Shown one piece after another: positions 50,295 through 64,000 of a stretch of DNA of 64,000 nucleotides; the stretch's first letter is position 1, and each line of letters begins with the position of its first letter. The position numbers and the translations under genes are program-made. The notes below the pieces were generated by a model. That model made no database searches and was not told where the DNA came from. It worked only from the letters and a program-made list of their open reading frames with translations. The DNA comes from Octopus vulgaris (taxonomy: Eukaryota): NCBI GenBank assembly GCA_951406725.2, contig OX597830.1, forward strand, positions 52,886,001 to 52,950,000, written 5' to 3'.

Positions 50295-52645
50295 CTAGTC
50301 CTTGTCGTTGACACTGTGAGGCCCAATGTTCAAAGATCGTGCTTCACCACCTCATCCCAGGTCTACCTCTTCCACAGGTTCCCTCCACTGTTAGGGTGTG
50401 ACACTTCTTCACACAGCTGTCCTTGTCCATATGCAACACATGACCATACCAACGCAGCCACACACAAAAACTATCTTCCTTTGATATTGCTGCATTTATG
50501 TGTCTATAGCTTACACTGGGTACATCTTATGGAGTTTCTACCTATGCCTTTTCTACAAATCGAGCAGGACCGTCTACCTGAAGGGATTTGCGATTTGCCT
50601 GCCTTCCTACTAACTAAGACTTTGGTTTTTGCTAGATTGACTCTAAAGCCCTTTGATTCTAGACCTTACTTCCACACCTGAAACTTCTCCTCTAGTTCTG
50701 GTAATGACTCGACTATTAGAGCAAGGTCATCAGCATAGAGGAGCTCCCAGAGGTAGGGGCAGGGGGCTGAGGACTGATCCTTAGTGAACCCCTACTTCTA
50801 TCAAGAATTCTTCACTATACTTGTTGCCGGCTTGTACAGCTCTCACCAACCGCTCATCTATCCCTAGTTTCCACATTGACCACCAGATAAGAGATCAGGA
50901 GACCCTGTCAAGGGCTTTCTCCATGTCAATGAGAGCCAAGTACAGAGGTTTATCTTTGGCTAGGAATTTATCCTGCAGCTGTCTTATCAGAAATATAGCA
51001 TCAGTGGTGCTTCTCCCTGACACAAACCCAAACTGCATCTCGTCTAAACTAACTCTCTCCCTAATTAGTTGAGCTGTGACCCTCTCCGTGACTTTCATCA
51101 CCTGGTCTAACAATTTGATACATCTGTAATTATTCCTATCTAAAGCATCACCTTTACTCTTGTAGGAGTTGACTATGGTGCCACTACACCAGTCATTGGG
51201 TATGACTCCTTCATGGATCACCTGGTTGACTATATAGGTGACTAGACTATAGCCTTCACCACCAGATATCTTAACCATTTCCACAGTGATTCCTAATGGA
51301 CCAGGGACCGGGGACTTTCCCTGTCTTCATACCCTTAATTGCTTTATCTACCAAGGTACTGTCAATTCGAATAGCTGGTCCCTCTCTTGGGCCGACATTT
51401 GGCAGACTCTCTTTCTCCTATTTATTCTCTTCATTTAGCAACCTTTCATAGAGGTGTCTCCAAGTCTCTCTCTTTGCAGTACCATTAAATGCAAGTAAGC
51501 CATCATCCATGTAGATACATTTCTCTCCTATGACATCACGATTCTCTCTTACATACTGTCTTGCAATACTTCAAGTTTCTGGTTCTCACAATGCAGAACA
51601 CTGGCAATTTTTTTCTCATCTGCTTCCCCTCTGGCTAAGTAAACCTGTCTCCTAGATTCCCTTCTGATGATTTGATACACTTCCCTGCTACCACTGCACT
51701 TCCAGTCCCTCCATACCTGTTTCTTTTCCCGTGTGGCCCTGTCAACTACATTGTTCTACTACCAAGTTACCTTAGATTGAGAGGGGACTTTGCACCATCC
51801 ACAGATCTGGTCAGTAGCTCTGTAGGAACCTCCAGTTGTCTTCCACATTATGTGATGCTTTATCCTCCCCTTTGTTATCAAAAGTTTCAAGTAATACATC
51901 TCTAAATCTCTGTCCATCCAGAGGATCCTTAAGCTTCCAGACCCTTCTTTTCCATGCTGGTCATCTTCTGGTCAACCATTTAGCCCTGATCCTGAAGTCA
52001 CTGACTACTAACCTATGTTGTGGTGTGCATTCTTCACCTGGGAAGGTTTTGGCATTTATAAATAGCCATCTTTCCGGGTTTTCTGGTGAGAATGTAGTCA
52101 ATCTGAGTAGTGAGTCCACCTGACTGGTAGGTGAACAGGTAACTGGCAGGTTTCCTGAAGTTAGTATTACAGATCATAAGATCATTTGCATTGCAGAACT
52201 CCAGCAGCCTGGTTCCCTCCTCATTGCAGGAACCAAATCTGTAGCCACCATGTACGCCATGGAAGCTTCCTTGATGTTGTCCAACATGCCCATTGAAGTC
52301 GCCAGCCACAAAACAAGGTCCCTGTCATTCGTCGATGTGGTAGTCTGCAAGAGGGTGTCATAAAATTGGTCTTTCTGTTCATTGGGTAGCCCTGGCTGAG
52401 GTGCACAAGCTGAGATAATGGTTTCTAATCCATGTTGCAGCACTAGATTAAGCTTAATTACTCTATCATAGACTCTGACTACCTTGATTACCTTATCAAT
52501 CCATTTCTCTGCAAGGAGTATACCCATGCCCCCAACTCCATCAGTGTTCCCTGCCCAGAAAATCTTATACCTATGTTCTTTGCCTGTGAGGAACCCAGTA
52601 GAACTTCCTCTCCACCTTACTTCTTGGATGCAGCACAAATCTAAA
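50295..52645 (-). mobile_element. RTE LINE with APE endonuclease and RT, decayed and internally deleted
   Basis: LCCIQEVRW, AGDFNGHVG, TQIDYIL, NYRCIKLL, QFGFVSGRSTTDAIF, YADD. Confidence 0.95.
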
Positions 52646-52744
52646 AGTCTCTGTAAAGTGTGTATATGTTTAAAATATACTGACTGGATTGTCACAGTTG
52701 AAACTGGCTGTGTGCTTTTTCTTTTAAAATAAGTTATATGCCTT

Positions 52745-53157
52745 GTTCCATAAAGAAGAAAGTAAAGCAGATGTTAAAAATTACAAGCCTATCCTTCTGA
52801 CTTCACATGTTAGCAAAGTCATGGAACACACTGTGTCGGAAGGAAGCAGGTCACATTGTTAGATAAAAAAAAACAACATGACTTCTGTCCAGAGAGGACC
52901 TGCCTCACACAGCTACTACAGCATTTTTGATTGAGTACTGAAACAACCTTGGTATTGCTGGAAAACTAGGAGTGGCTGCATCACTTTTAAAAAGATAGAC
53001 AGACATCTAATGGTACTCTCTGTGAGGAGACATCAATTCTCAGGGGAGTCCCTCAGGGAACTGTACATGGGGCACAACTTTGTGGTGGCTCCCTCAGACA
53101 TGTCCTCAGTCATACACTCAGCCACTCTCACTAACTATGCTGATGATACAAAAGTAT
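52745..53157 (+). mobile_element. CR1-like RT fragment, highly decayed
   Basis: DVKNYKPILLTSHVSKVME, GVPQGTV, NYADDTKVY. Confidence 0.75.
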
Positions 53158-53160
53158 ATA

Positions 53161-54658
53161 CAGGCATACCTCGGCTTAAGTCATTTCGATTTAAGTCATT
53201 TTCGATTATACGTTGGTTTCAAAAATGATATATGGAAAAATAAAAATTAAGTTAAACCATTTTACTCGACTTTATGTCTGTCTGCCACAAATATTGGAAT
53301 CGTAAAATCACTAGAAAACCGATAAAAGCACATAAAATCATGTTACTGTACAATAAATAAGAATAAAAGCATATAAAATTATATTAAAATGCGTACAGTA
53401 AATGTTAAGATACACACCATAAAGTAGTGTAGCTTAGTGAATGAAATCATGAAATCAGCTGTGTTGTCTTATTTATCGGTCTTTCGGAGCTCATATTGCT
53501 CTGTAGTTCCAATATCTACTGTTAGGCGTTGTTGTCACTCATGATTCCTGCAATTGTTTTGAATTCATATTTGTTTACGTCTGTTTATCAGGTACTTTCT
53601 CATTCTCATTCATTTGTGACTTTATTTTTTACCCCCATGGCTCCTCAGAAAATTCATAGTGAAAGTACTAAGCATCATGCTATAATGCTGGAAGATAAAC
53701 TGGTCATGAGAAAACACCATGAAAAAGGTGAAAAAGTGGTAGCAATTGCACGATCTTTTGGATTGAGTCAGACAACTGTATCGACGATTGGACATAATAA
53801 GGCCAAGATTTTAGGACATATCAAATCTGATACTCCAGAGATGAAGAACACTGTCATCAATAAGAAAAGGGGCAAAATCTTTGAAGAAATGGAAAGTCTT
53901 CTTTCTCTTTGGGGTTGTTAGGTTGAATCGTCAACGTGCTACTATTAGTCAAAAAAATCATTCAAGAGAAAGTGTTGTCTTTGTTTGAGGACCTGAAGAA
54001 AAAATATCCAGATGAGAAAGATGTAGAGTTCAAGGCAAGTCAAGGATGGTTCATGAGATTTAAGGAGCGAAGAAGTTATCACTCCATTAAGAAGCAAGGT
54101 GAAAGTGCATCAGCTGACAAACAAGCAGCAGCAGAATTTCTTAATGTATTAAAGAAAACCATCGAAGAAAACGGTTCTCTTCCCAAACAGATTTTTAATG
54201 TAGACGAAACTGGATTGCATTGGAAAAAATTGCCAGAACGTTCATTCATTTCCAAGGAAGAGAAAACTATTCCGGACTACATTATGTTGGGAAGTAATTG
54301 TGCAGGAGATTTTAAGTTAAAGCCATTGCTTGTGTATCATGCACACAGACCCCGTGCTATGAAGAACATACCCAAGGCATCTCTCCATGTTATATGGATG
54401 GCAAATTCAAAAGCATGAGTTACTGTTGTTGTTTTTGAAGATTGATTCTTCAATCATTTTATCCCAGCAGCAGAGAAGTACTATAAGGTGAAGGGGATTC
54501 TTTTTAAGGTTTTACTTATCTTAGATAATGCTCCTGGCTACCCTCAAAACATCGTAGATTTTGACCCCAATGTTACTGTCATATACCTCCCTCCAAATAC
54601 CACGTCTCTTCTGCAGCCAATGGATCAGGGAATAATTGCTATATTCAAGTGTTACTAT
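53161..54658 (+). mobile_element. Tigger/pogo DNA transposon, 3'-truncated, pseudogenised
   Basis: TA|CAGG..ACCTCG left end; HTH (IARSFGLSQTTVSTI), FKASQGWF.RFK, IFNVDETGL.WK, LILDNAPG, LPPNTTSLLQPMDQGII. Confidence 0.93.
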
Positions 54659-55910
54659 ATATATATACAGATATAGTGATCATTACACTATAGGCAGCAT
54701 GAGAGGTGTCCATCCTCACTTACAGTTGTTATATAGATGTGGCTATGTTCATTTGTGTGCATGACTGAGTGAATATATGTGTGAGAGCATGCTGTGTGTG
54801 TGTGTGAGTAAAGGTCTATGTGTGAGAGCATGCTGTGTGTGTGTGTGTGAGTAAAGGTCTATGCGTGAGTACATGTTTTGTGTATGTGTGTGTGCGTGCG
54901 CATAGGCTGTCATGGGAAAATGTTTTCAAACTGGAACAGAAGACATTCTGAAATTTTATCTGAAAACTGAGAAGACATTTTATATATTTGTTACGTTTCA
55001 ATCACCCAGGCTGTTGGTGTAAAGTATAAATGTATGGGGTGGGATAGAGCATATGTGGTGTATGTTATAGTATGGCAAAGTGTATGGTATGATGTATGGT
55101 TATGTTATATATATAGTGCATGGTATGGCGTGATGTGGTATGGTGCATTATAAGCTTGCAAGTGTGGGACTGCAACCTGCATGTTGTTGTTGTTAATGCT
55201 GGAGCAGATTTCCTAATGAAGTTGCAGTTAGACCATCGACCGGCTAATACTGGTTTTTAAAAACAAATTTGCTATCTTATTATTCTGGGCTCAAATCTGA
55301 TGAAAGCGCCAAATTTGTCATTTCATTTCTTCTCACTCAGATTGAAGAGATATCTAACAGCAATTACATTAAATAAGATAACAAGTTGTATGTACTTAGT
55401 AAAGGATAAACTGCAATTAGTTAAGAGTACCCAGCAGGTAATTCAGGGTACCCTGTAGTTAGTTAAGTGTACCCACTAGTTTGTTAAATGTACCCAATAA
55501 TTAGTTAAGGGTTAATGGTACCCAGTAGTTTAAGAGTACCTTATGGTTAGTTAAAGGTACCCAGTAGTCAGTTAAGGGTACCTAGTAGTTACTTAAGGGC
55601 TGGGCTCATGCCAGAGTATTCAGTGCCCTAGGCCAGCCCTACAATGTGCACCCCCTTCTCTCAATGCAACATTGTGTGTCCCTTCTCCAATATTTTTCTA
55701 CAACTCCCTCCAGCCATCTCCTTTTTGTACGCTTTTGCATCAACATATGTATCAATGAGTAAATTTCTGGAAAAATTTGAAATGTTACATGGAAATCATG
55801 TGACCACTCATGACATTACACAACCTTTGTTTTCTCAACCTACTCATCCATGCCCTCTATTTCAGAAATGACTGATCTACACTCTTTTTTACTAAGTTTT
55901 CATGCTTTAA

Positions 55911-56130
55911 CCCTTTCGTTACCAACCCGGCTGAAACCGGCTCTGGCTCTGAGTACAAATGTCTTGTTTTCATAAGTTTTGAATTATAATCTTCCACCAA
56001 ATCTTAGTCACAATTAATGTCCCTAACACCAGCTGAATGATAACGAAGTTATTTTACTAAATTCTTTGTTATATTTAAAGTAATTGAAAGAAATACAGAG
56101 CATCTCAACAGAAATACAGTAATGAAAGGG
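55911..56130 (+). mobile_element. piggyBac-type TTAA MITE
   Basis: Copy of 3312-3531. Confidence 0.9.
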
Positions 56131-56338
56131 TTAAGTCACATTAAGAAAGCTTGTCCAAGTTGTTTAGTATTTAGCCTGGTTGAAATAACCAGCTATTAAT
56201 TTTACAAGGTTAACCACCAATTAACATTATAAAAACCACCCTCTGGTTACTCTTAAATAGATACTGGTTGCCCTTAACTAACTATTGATTACTCTAACTG
56301 ACAGTTAAATTGCTGTTAATACCACAAGTATTAATTAA

Positions 56339-56552
56339 CAAGGGGGTACTGAAAAGTTCCTGGCTTTGGGTAATAGGAAATACAGGTGGAGCAGTTAATT
56401 ATAATTTTATTTAACATATTCCCCTCTCAGGTTCACACACTTATTGCAGTGGTCCTTCAGTTTTTCTAAGCCCTGTAAAAGAACTCAGGAGGTTGGACCT
56501 CTAAGTAGGCCTTTTGCAATACTCTTAAAGCCAGGGATTTTTTAGCACCCTC
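56339..56552. mobile_element. mariner-type MITE
   Basis: TIR-like agggggtactgaaaagttcctggcttt ... aaagccagggattttttagcaccctc. Confidence 0.7.
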
Positions 56553-56829
56553 ATGTTATAGGAATAATTACTTAAGGATATTTAATTAAGTGATCTATAG
56601 TTTACTAACTAACCTATGGTTTATATTTTACCAGTGGTTTATATTTACCTAACTAACCAGTGTTTAATATTTAATTAACTAATCAGTGGTGTATATTTAA
56701 CTAATTAACCAGTGGTTTACTTTTAATTGTATTACGAGTCTTTGTAACCATTTGAGTTGGTCTTTAATACTCTTTCATGAGTCATTTTCAGTTTTTGAAT
56801 ATGTAAGTGCAAATTAATTTGAATATATA

Positions 56830-57056
56830 TATTTCTTTACTACCCACAAGGGGCTAAACACAGAGGGGACAAACAAGGACAGACAAACGGATTAAGTCAA
56901 TTACATCGACCCCATTGTGTAACCGGTACTTAATTTATTGACCCCGAAAGGATGAAAGGCAAAGTCAACCTTGGCGGAATTTGAACTCAGAATGTAACGT
57001 CAGACGAAATACAGCTATGCATTTCACCTGGCGTGCTTTTGCCAGCTCGCTGCCTT
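56830..57056 (-). mobile_element. SINE family B
   Basis: Reverse complement of 6768-6989. Confidence 0.9.
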
Positions 57057-57625
57057 ATTAATTTGAATATATATTTGTATGTGTGTACACATGTATGCAT
57101 GTGTCTGTATGTGTGTGTGTATGAATGTGCGTATACTCCTGTAATGTGTGTACATATTTTTTCGTACACGAATCTGTCTGTAATTACATTTTATGAATGT
57201 AAGTTTCTATACATGAGATGAATTGCTTGTTGCTTTTTTACAGTGTGTATTTTTGTTGTTCAGTCAACTAAATGTCTAACTTGTAAATTTATTTTATGTA
57301 TAAATGGCTGAGTATTCCACACACATGTACTGTTAATATATTTCACAAGCTATATTAGTGTGACAATCCATAATATGACTGAACATTTGAATTAAAGGTG
57401 TGATCCCTTCAACTGGCATCCATGTCCTTTCCATGTACCTAGTTTCATTCACAAGGTTTCAATCAACTCTGGGCCCTTAAAAATACACTGTCCAAGAACC
57501 GAGTCAATAAGATTGAACTTACAACCTCATGATTTCAAAGCAAATTTCTTAATCTTTGAATATGCCATCAATTCTTGTATGCTTGTGTGTGTGTATGTGT
57601 GTATATATATATATAAATAAATAAA

Positions 57626-57869
57626 TGCGCCCTTTTAAAGCCTAGCCAGGCTCATGGGCCTGGTTTCCCGGTTTCTATGGCGTATGTGTTCCCCAGCTGG
57701 ACGGGATGCCAGTCCATTGCAGCGTTACTCATTTTTGCCAGATGATTGGACTGGAGCAACATGAAATGAAGTGTTTTGCTCGAGAACACAATGCGTCACC
57801 CGGTCCAGGAATCGAAGCCACAATCTTACGATCATGATGCTGACGCCCTAACCACTAAGCCGCGTGCCT

Positions 57870-57872
<3 letters not shown>
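57626..57872 (-). mobile_element. tRNA-derived SINE (C group, CORE-like centre, alternative tail)
   Basis: tRNA head; ctcgagcaaaacacttcatttcatgttgctccagtcca; gcaatggactggcatcccgtccag motif. Confidence 0.8.
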
Positions 57873-57930
<58 letters not shown>

Positions 57931-58389
57931 CCATAAGTATATATGTGACTGTGTATATGCACCATAAGTCTACTTGCATGCACATATATACCATCAATGC
58001 ATATATGATTGAATGTATAGACTATATGTTCATTATAAGAAACTCAAACAGAGAATCTATATACCATATTTTCCAGCATAGAGTTCAGTGTAGTATATAG
58101 TGTGTAAACATGTGTAAACAATTAAAGATTTGTCACTATCTTTGCAAATCATACTGTATTTCACATGGAATTTATTTGGTCCTAAAATGTTTGTCTTTGT
58201 GTATAGATTGACCTAGCTTTTTTAGCTGCAAATTTTGGTCTGAAAAATTTAACTATATATATATACATAGGTCTGCTAGATCAAAACTGACTTTTCCTTT
58301 TTGTACTTAGTAAAAATGTTTCTATCTTTAGCATAGAAGTACCTCCTTCCATTCACCTCTCTGATACATTACAAGAATTGAGCTCAAGT

Positions 58390-58545
58390 ATTGAGGTGAC
58401 TGATCCTATATTTTATTGAATCCTGAAGGATGAAAGGCAGAATTCATCTCAACAGGATTTGAACTCAGAACAAAAGAAAAACTGAAATTGAATTCTTCTG
58501 GCATTTTGTCTGATGCACAGATAATTATGCCAACTCATTGCCTAA
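58390..58545 (-). mobile_element. SINE family B, old copy
   Basis: aggatgaaaggca...atttgaactcagaa. Confidence 0.65.
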
Positions 58546-59284
58546 AATTTATTAAGTAACAACAGGGTTTTTCAAAGTACTTACAGTTGATTCTTTATTC
58601 AATCTTCATGATATTAGATAAAAGAAGATGGATCTTACCCCACCAGCCCTAGATAAGATAGATATCAGTCTATCAGAAGCCACATTCCTTAGTGATCTAG
58701 TTGTACATCTTCCTAATAATCAGGTGTTGACTGAAGTAATGATGAATGAAGTAAACAAGCTCAGATAGACACCGAATTACCAGTAATGGAGTTGAACCTA
58801 AAACCCATGAGCTAGCTCTATATGACCAAACACCTTATCCATTCAGCCACATTGTTTCTCTGAAGACATTTCATTATGACTGGTCCAGGCCACCAACATA
58901 TGATACTGTACAATTCATTATGAAAACACCCAAACATTGTGCAGTTCACAGAGTATTTTGTTAACTGGCAGTCACTTGGTCCAATTCTGTTAGTTTGCAA
59001 TGCTGTGTTCAAGACTTGTCAAGAGTATATGACTTCAATCAAGAGGAGCCAAGCCCTATTTTGGTTGACTTGCCCAAGATACAGTCACATGACACCTATA
59101 AGACCAGGATACTGATTTCAGTCACTCCTATAAAACCCTGTGGATTTGTGAGCTGACTATTGTCATTGATGAATATAGATTAACACACATACCATGCATG
59201 CATACACATACATATTCATACAAATACATGCACACATTCATACACATGCACAAATATACACACATACTAAAAGAAAAACTGTCA

Positions 59285-59597
59285 CCCCGTTGCTTATGAT
59301 GACGAGGAATCCAGTTGATCTAATCAACAGAACAGTTTGCTTGTGAGATTAATGTGCAAGTGGCTGAGTACTCCACGGACACGTATACCCCTTCACATAC
59401 TTCTCGGGGAGATTGAACATGACACAGAGTGTGACAAGGCTGGCCCCTTTGAAATACAGATACTACTCATTTTTGCCAGCTGAGTGGACTGGAGTAATGT
59501 GAAATAAAGTGTCTTGCTCAAGGACAAAACGCATCACCAGGAATCAAATTTGTGACCCTACAATCATGAGCTAAATACCCTAACCACTAAGCCACAC
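59285..59597 (-). mobile_element. tRNA-derived SINE (C group, CORE-like centre, tail shared with 5762)
   Basis: Shares its tail with 5762-5950 and its centre with 57626-57872. Confidence 0.8.
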
Positions 59598-59679
59598 ATA
59601 CAAACATGCCTTATACCACTTGACAGCACAGCAGAGAAAACAAAAAAATGCTTTCAAGTCCTCAACAAACAAATGGTGT

Positions 59680-59710
<31 letters not shown>

Positions 59711-59854
59711 TGCGTGCACACATCTGCAAGGGATACGTTTCATCAGATTGTCTTGGCCTAAATGCTATACATAAACTTAGATATTTAAGTTCCTGTCAAC
59801 AATATCTCAAGCCAGCTTTAAATTACCAACGATTCCATCACCACCAACACCAAG

Positions 59855-60230
59855 TGGAGGCGCAATGGCCGAATGGTTAGAGCAGCAGACTTGCGGTTGG
59901 GGGATCGCGGTTTTGATTCCTAGACCGGGCGTTGTGTGTTTATTGAGCGAAAACACCTAAAGCTCCATGAAGCTCTGGCAGGGGGTGGTGGCGACCCCTG
60001 TTGTACTCTTTCGCCCCAACTTTCTCTCACTCTTTCTTCCTGTTTCTTGTCCCCAACTTCCTATGCAACCGCTGAGCCTGGATGCGCATTCATCCGTCTG
60101 TCGATGCTCTCGGTGTCGGGGGTTGAGCTGCTTTCTCTTTTGCGGGCCTTACGAATAGCAAAGGACCACGTTTCGGACTTCTCCCACTAATGGGACGAAG
60201 ACCGCTTTGCTCAACAAACAAACAAACAAA
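59855..60230 (+). mobile_element. SINE family C head/body with a different tail ending (CAAA)n
   Basis: First ~190 bp match the reverse complement of 5955-6148; remainder unrelated. Confidence 0.85.
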
Positions 60231-60949
60231 CCACCAACACCAAAACTTCTACCAGCACCAATGCCACCAGCATCACAACCACTACCTGATTTGTCCCTTC
60301 TTTGCTCTGTGAACTCTGGGTTTAGCTTGTGTGCCCTCGTCCTTTGACCCTGCAGTTCTTGCCTCAAGTCCAATCATTTACGTTTCATGATTTACTTATT
60401 GCCTGCGTTACATTTCAAACTTTCTACAATGCCTCCTCCCCCTCCTCCTCCTATTGCTGTTGCTACTATGGCTGCTGCTGCTGCTGCTAATACTTGTCCT
60501 ATAAGGTGGTCACAGTAAGAATGCTTTCGCTCATAGGGTTGTTCAGTCAGAGCTGACCTGGAGTTAAAGCTACTTCTATTACTTCCACCACCACTGCTAC
60601 TATGACTATTTTTCAAGCCTGTCCTCAATTCTATAGACATATGTATCTGTTCCAGTGATGCATGAAGTACATCAGAAACAGTGGTTTTAATATCACACTA
60701 CACTCCATTATGTACCGACCAGCCAACGCTCAGTAAATTGTATCAAATGGCCACTGATGTCACTCTTACAATTACAAACTGGGCTCGTTTTGCAATGCTT
60801 AATCATTGCTTACGTAACAGCTGCTGCTGCTGCTGCTAAGTTTAAAAAGTGGTCTATATGCAAGAGTGTAGGGAATGCAGGGGTTTTACGGGTGGTTAGA
60901 CAGAGATTGTGTATTTGGCAGTCATGTGTACTGTGGCCTTGTGCACCCT

Positions 60950-61680
<731 letters not shown>

Positions 61681-61709
61681 ATTTTATTTTTTATTTTGCA
61701 CATTACTTA

Positions 61710-61821
61710 ATTAAGACTTGGTCCTCTGACCAATCAAAATATGCAAAACAGGCATAAAATACCTGTTTTGCATATTAGCATGAATTAGATATTTTGATTG
61801 GTCAGTGGACCAAGTCTTAAT
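61710..61821. repeat. Fold-back / MITE-like palindrome with internal hairpin
   Basis: attaagacttggtcctctgaccaatcaaaatat / atattttgattggtcagtggaccaagtcttaat. Confidence 0.8.
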
Positions 61822-62083
61822 CCAGTGACTTGGTTTTGGTACAGTTTCTATGATTCAGTGCCTTGCTTTCTAACACCAACCACCTTATAGAATGTACTGG
61901 ATGCATTTTTTGTGGCACCAGCACAATAGAAGTTGCCTTGTCCTTAGCAGGACAAAAGAATCCTTTCAAACCGAATGTTGTCTCTGATCAATTTCCCTAC
62001 TACTTTACATGTAGTTTTACATGTCTCTAGAACTAGGAGGTGAATTTGTAACTGTAACTCATATATATATATATATATGTATA

Positions 62084-62142
<59 letters not shown>

Positions 62143-62198
62143 GCATAATAAGGTAAAAACCAAGGCTGTATAGATATTAGAGCATTTATAGATAGAAG

Positions 62199-62250
62199 GT
62201 CTTACAGATGTTTCTAGGATATTAATTAATAATATCCCTTAATTGGAGAC
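62199..62250 (-). ncRNA. Mirror-arm hammerhead, decayed core
   Basis: gtct-CCAATTA-ag-ggatatt..aatatcc-ta-GAAA-C-AUCU-GUA-agac. Confidence 0.55.
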
Positions 62251-62294
62251 AGTGTGAGAGGAAACTAACTATGACTTAATTTTTCCTTCACACT

Positions 62295-62336
62295 GTTTCC
62301 GATGAAGAATTAATATCCTAGAAACAGCTGTAAGAC
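62295..62336 (+). ncRNA. Hammerhead motif (CCGAUGA variant), stem II partly deleted
   Basis: gttt-CCGAUGA-...-GAAA-C-AGCU-GUA-agac. Confidence 0.65.
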
Positions 62337-62551
62337 CTTCTATCTATAAATGCTCTTATATCTATACAGCCTTGGTTTTTTTATCTTATTACGCAAAAAA
62401 CTTTTATATACACACGCTGACATAGAACCAACGTTGAACCCTTTATTCGCAATATTACCGAATCTGGAACTTAACTTACGGTCTTATTCAGCATTACCTG
62501 ACACCTTTGGGTCTCAATGACACCATTATCTCTTATAACCTCAACTTCTTG

Positions 62552-62587
<36 letters not shown>

Positions 62588-62591
<4 letters not shown>

Positions 62592-62890
62592 AAATATTAG
62601 GGAATAAATCCAAACTTACAGGGAAAAATCAGATTTAGGATTGAATCCAATTTTATAGTAAAATATTATATTATATTAAATTAGAGATAAAACCACTATT
62701 AGGCAAATCATACAATGAAAAACTTAAGCCAATACATAAGATTAATTAATTTATATTATTTTAAATATATATCAAAATTTTTTTAATAATTTTGATATAT
62801 ATTTAAAATAATATAAATTAATTAATCTTATGTATTGGCTTAAGTTTTTCATTTTATGATTTGCCTAATAGTGGTTTTATCTCTAATTTA

Positions 62891-62897
<7 letters not shown>
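62588..62897 (-). mobile_element. Fold-back pLTR, same family as 14781-15305, with shorter arms and no hammerhead
   Basis: Tail 62588-62668, arms 62669-62779/62788-62897; (TA)n on both sides. Confidence 0.85.
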
Positions 62898-62926
<29 letters not shown>

Positions 62927-63184
62927 CACATATGAATATATACATGTATACATACATACATGTAGGTAACTTCCAATGACAGTTTAAACCTCTGCTTAAA
63001 ACTAGTGTTGTATTTATATTATATCCCTTTATATTCCATAACTTAAATATTCATTAAATACAGACCCAGGAGATAAGTGGCAGACTTATATGCAGGGATC
63101 AATATTATTGCCTAAACCCTTCAAGGCAGTACTCCAGCATGGTCACAGTTCAGTGACTGAAATTATTAAAAGAACAAAAGACTC

Positions 63185-63252
<68 letters not shown>

Positions 63253-63255
<3 letters not shown>

Positions 63256-63482
63256 GGTGTCTGTAAAGTTACTATACAGTTAGGCTGAAAACAACTCTAT
63301 GACGTAAGCATATTGAAAGCTAGCTTACAATTTCAACATTTATCATAACTGTAGTAAATGTATATGATTGTCTATATTGTTACAATATTTTCTGATGTAA
63401 TATATTTTCTGAAAATCTTTTTAGTCTAACCATGATATTTCTTTATTACAAATAACAGTACAGTATCTTTATGGACCCCCTG
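63253..63482. mobile_element. Tc1/mariner-type MITE
   Basis: TIR-like cagggtgtctgtaaagttactatac / gtacagtatctttatggaccccctg. Confidence 0.75.
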
Positions 63483-63500
63483 TATCTATCTATCTATCTA

Positions 63501-63552
<52 letters not shown>

Positions 63553-63563
63553 TAATATATACA

Positions 63564-63956
63564 CTAGCAGTATAGCCCAGTGTTGCTCGGGTTTGTTTTC
63601 TTTTCAATCCTTTAGAATTGGAATTTTTGAAAAGTAAAAATTTTGCATTATGTAGCTTGTTATTCTCTTTAAGTGAACATTTTTCTGGTTGAAATACACC
63701 GAAAAATGGCGACACAGCAGTCAAAAAATCATTAAAAAATAGAGATTTTCATTGAAAAAAAAAACACCTTTTTGATGTAAATAATTTTTGGTCTTAACAT
63801 CGTCCAATTTGAATTTTTTCTTCTACGGAATGAAGAGCAAGCCTCCTTCTATCACACTATCAATTTTGGTCAACTTGCACCACATGGTCTCGGAGGAGAT
63901 AGTGTTAGTTGAAGGCTACTAAACCTGCCACACACACACAGACAACTTCAGCTTTG

Positions 63957-63962
<6 letters not shown>
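63564..63962 (-). mobile_element. Non-autonomous Helitron
   Basis: Third copy of 13820-14212. Confidence 0.85.
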
Positions 63963-63998
<36 letters not shown>

Positions 63999-64000
63999 AA

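Larger units (their letters stand above)
62140..62552 (+). mobile_element. Fold-back Penelope-like pLTR in (TA)n
   Basis: Arms ~62140-62265/62282-62395 plus unique tail; a hammerhead in each arm. Confidence 0.8.

Noticed and set aside
59855-59930. tRNA gene (also 6075-6148)
   Set aside because: A and B boxes are present but the sequence continues into a SINE body; it is a SINE head, not a tRNA gene

Overview
AT-rich, microsatellite-dense eukaryotic DNA, almost entirely intronic or intergenic repeats. The mix of repeat families (tRNA-derived SINEs, RTE, R4/Dong, CR1 and Tx1 LINE fragments, mariner, maT, DD41D, Tigger and hAT remnants, TTAA-MITEs, Helitrons) resembles an Octopus/cephalopod genome; this is an inference. 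There is no intact gene, and nearly all ORF-track entries are microsatellite artefacts or decayed TE ORFs. The most striking signal is about 14 minimal type I hammerhead-ribozyme motifs from about 9 different sequence families, read by eye on both strands. They sit in Penelope-like pseudo-LTR fragments, mostly inside (TA)n tracts, and often form long fold-back palindromes. One lies next to a Penelope-type ORF fragment. Core variants include CUGANGA, CCGANGA and the compensatory UUGANAA. Weaker host signals are a candidate minus-strand exon at 3039-3216, a CpG-containing island with divergent splice donors at about 43.7-44.5 kb, and a consensus CTCF core motif at 35693. All calls are by-eye motif recognition; no searches were run.
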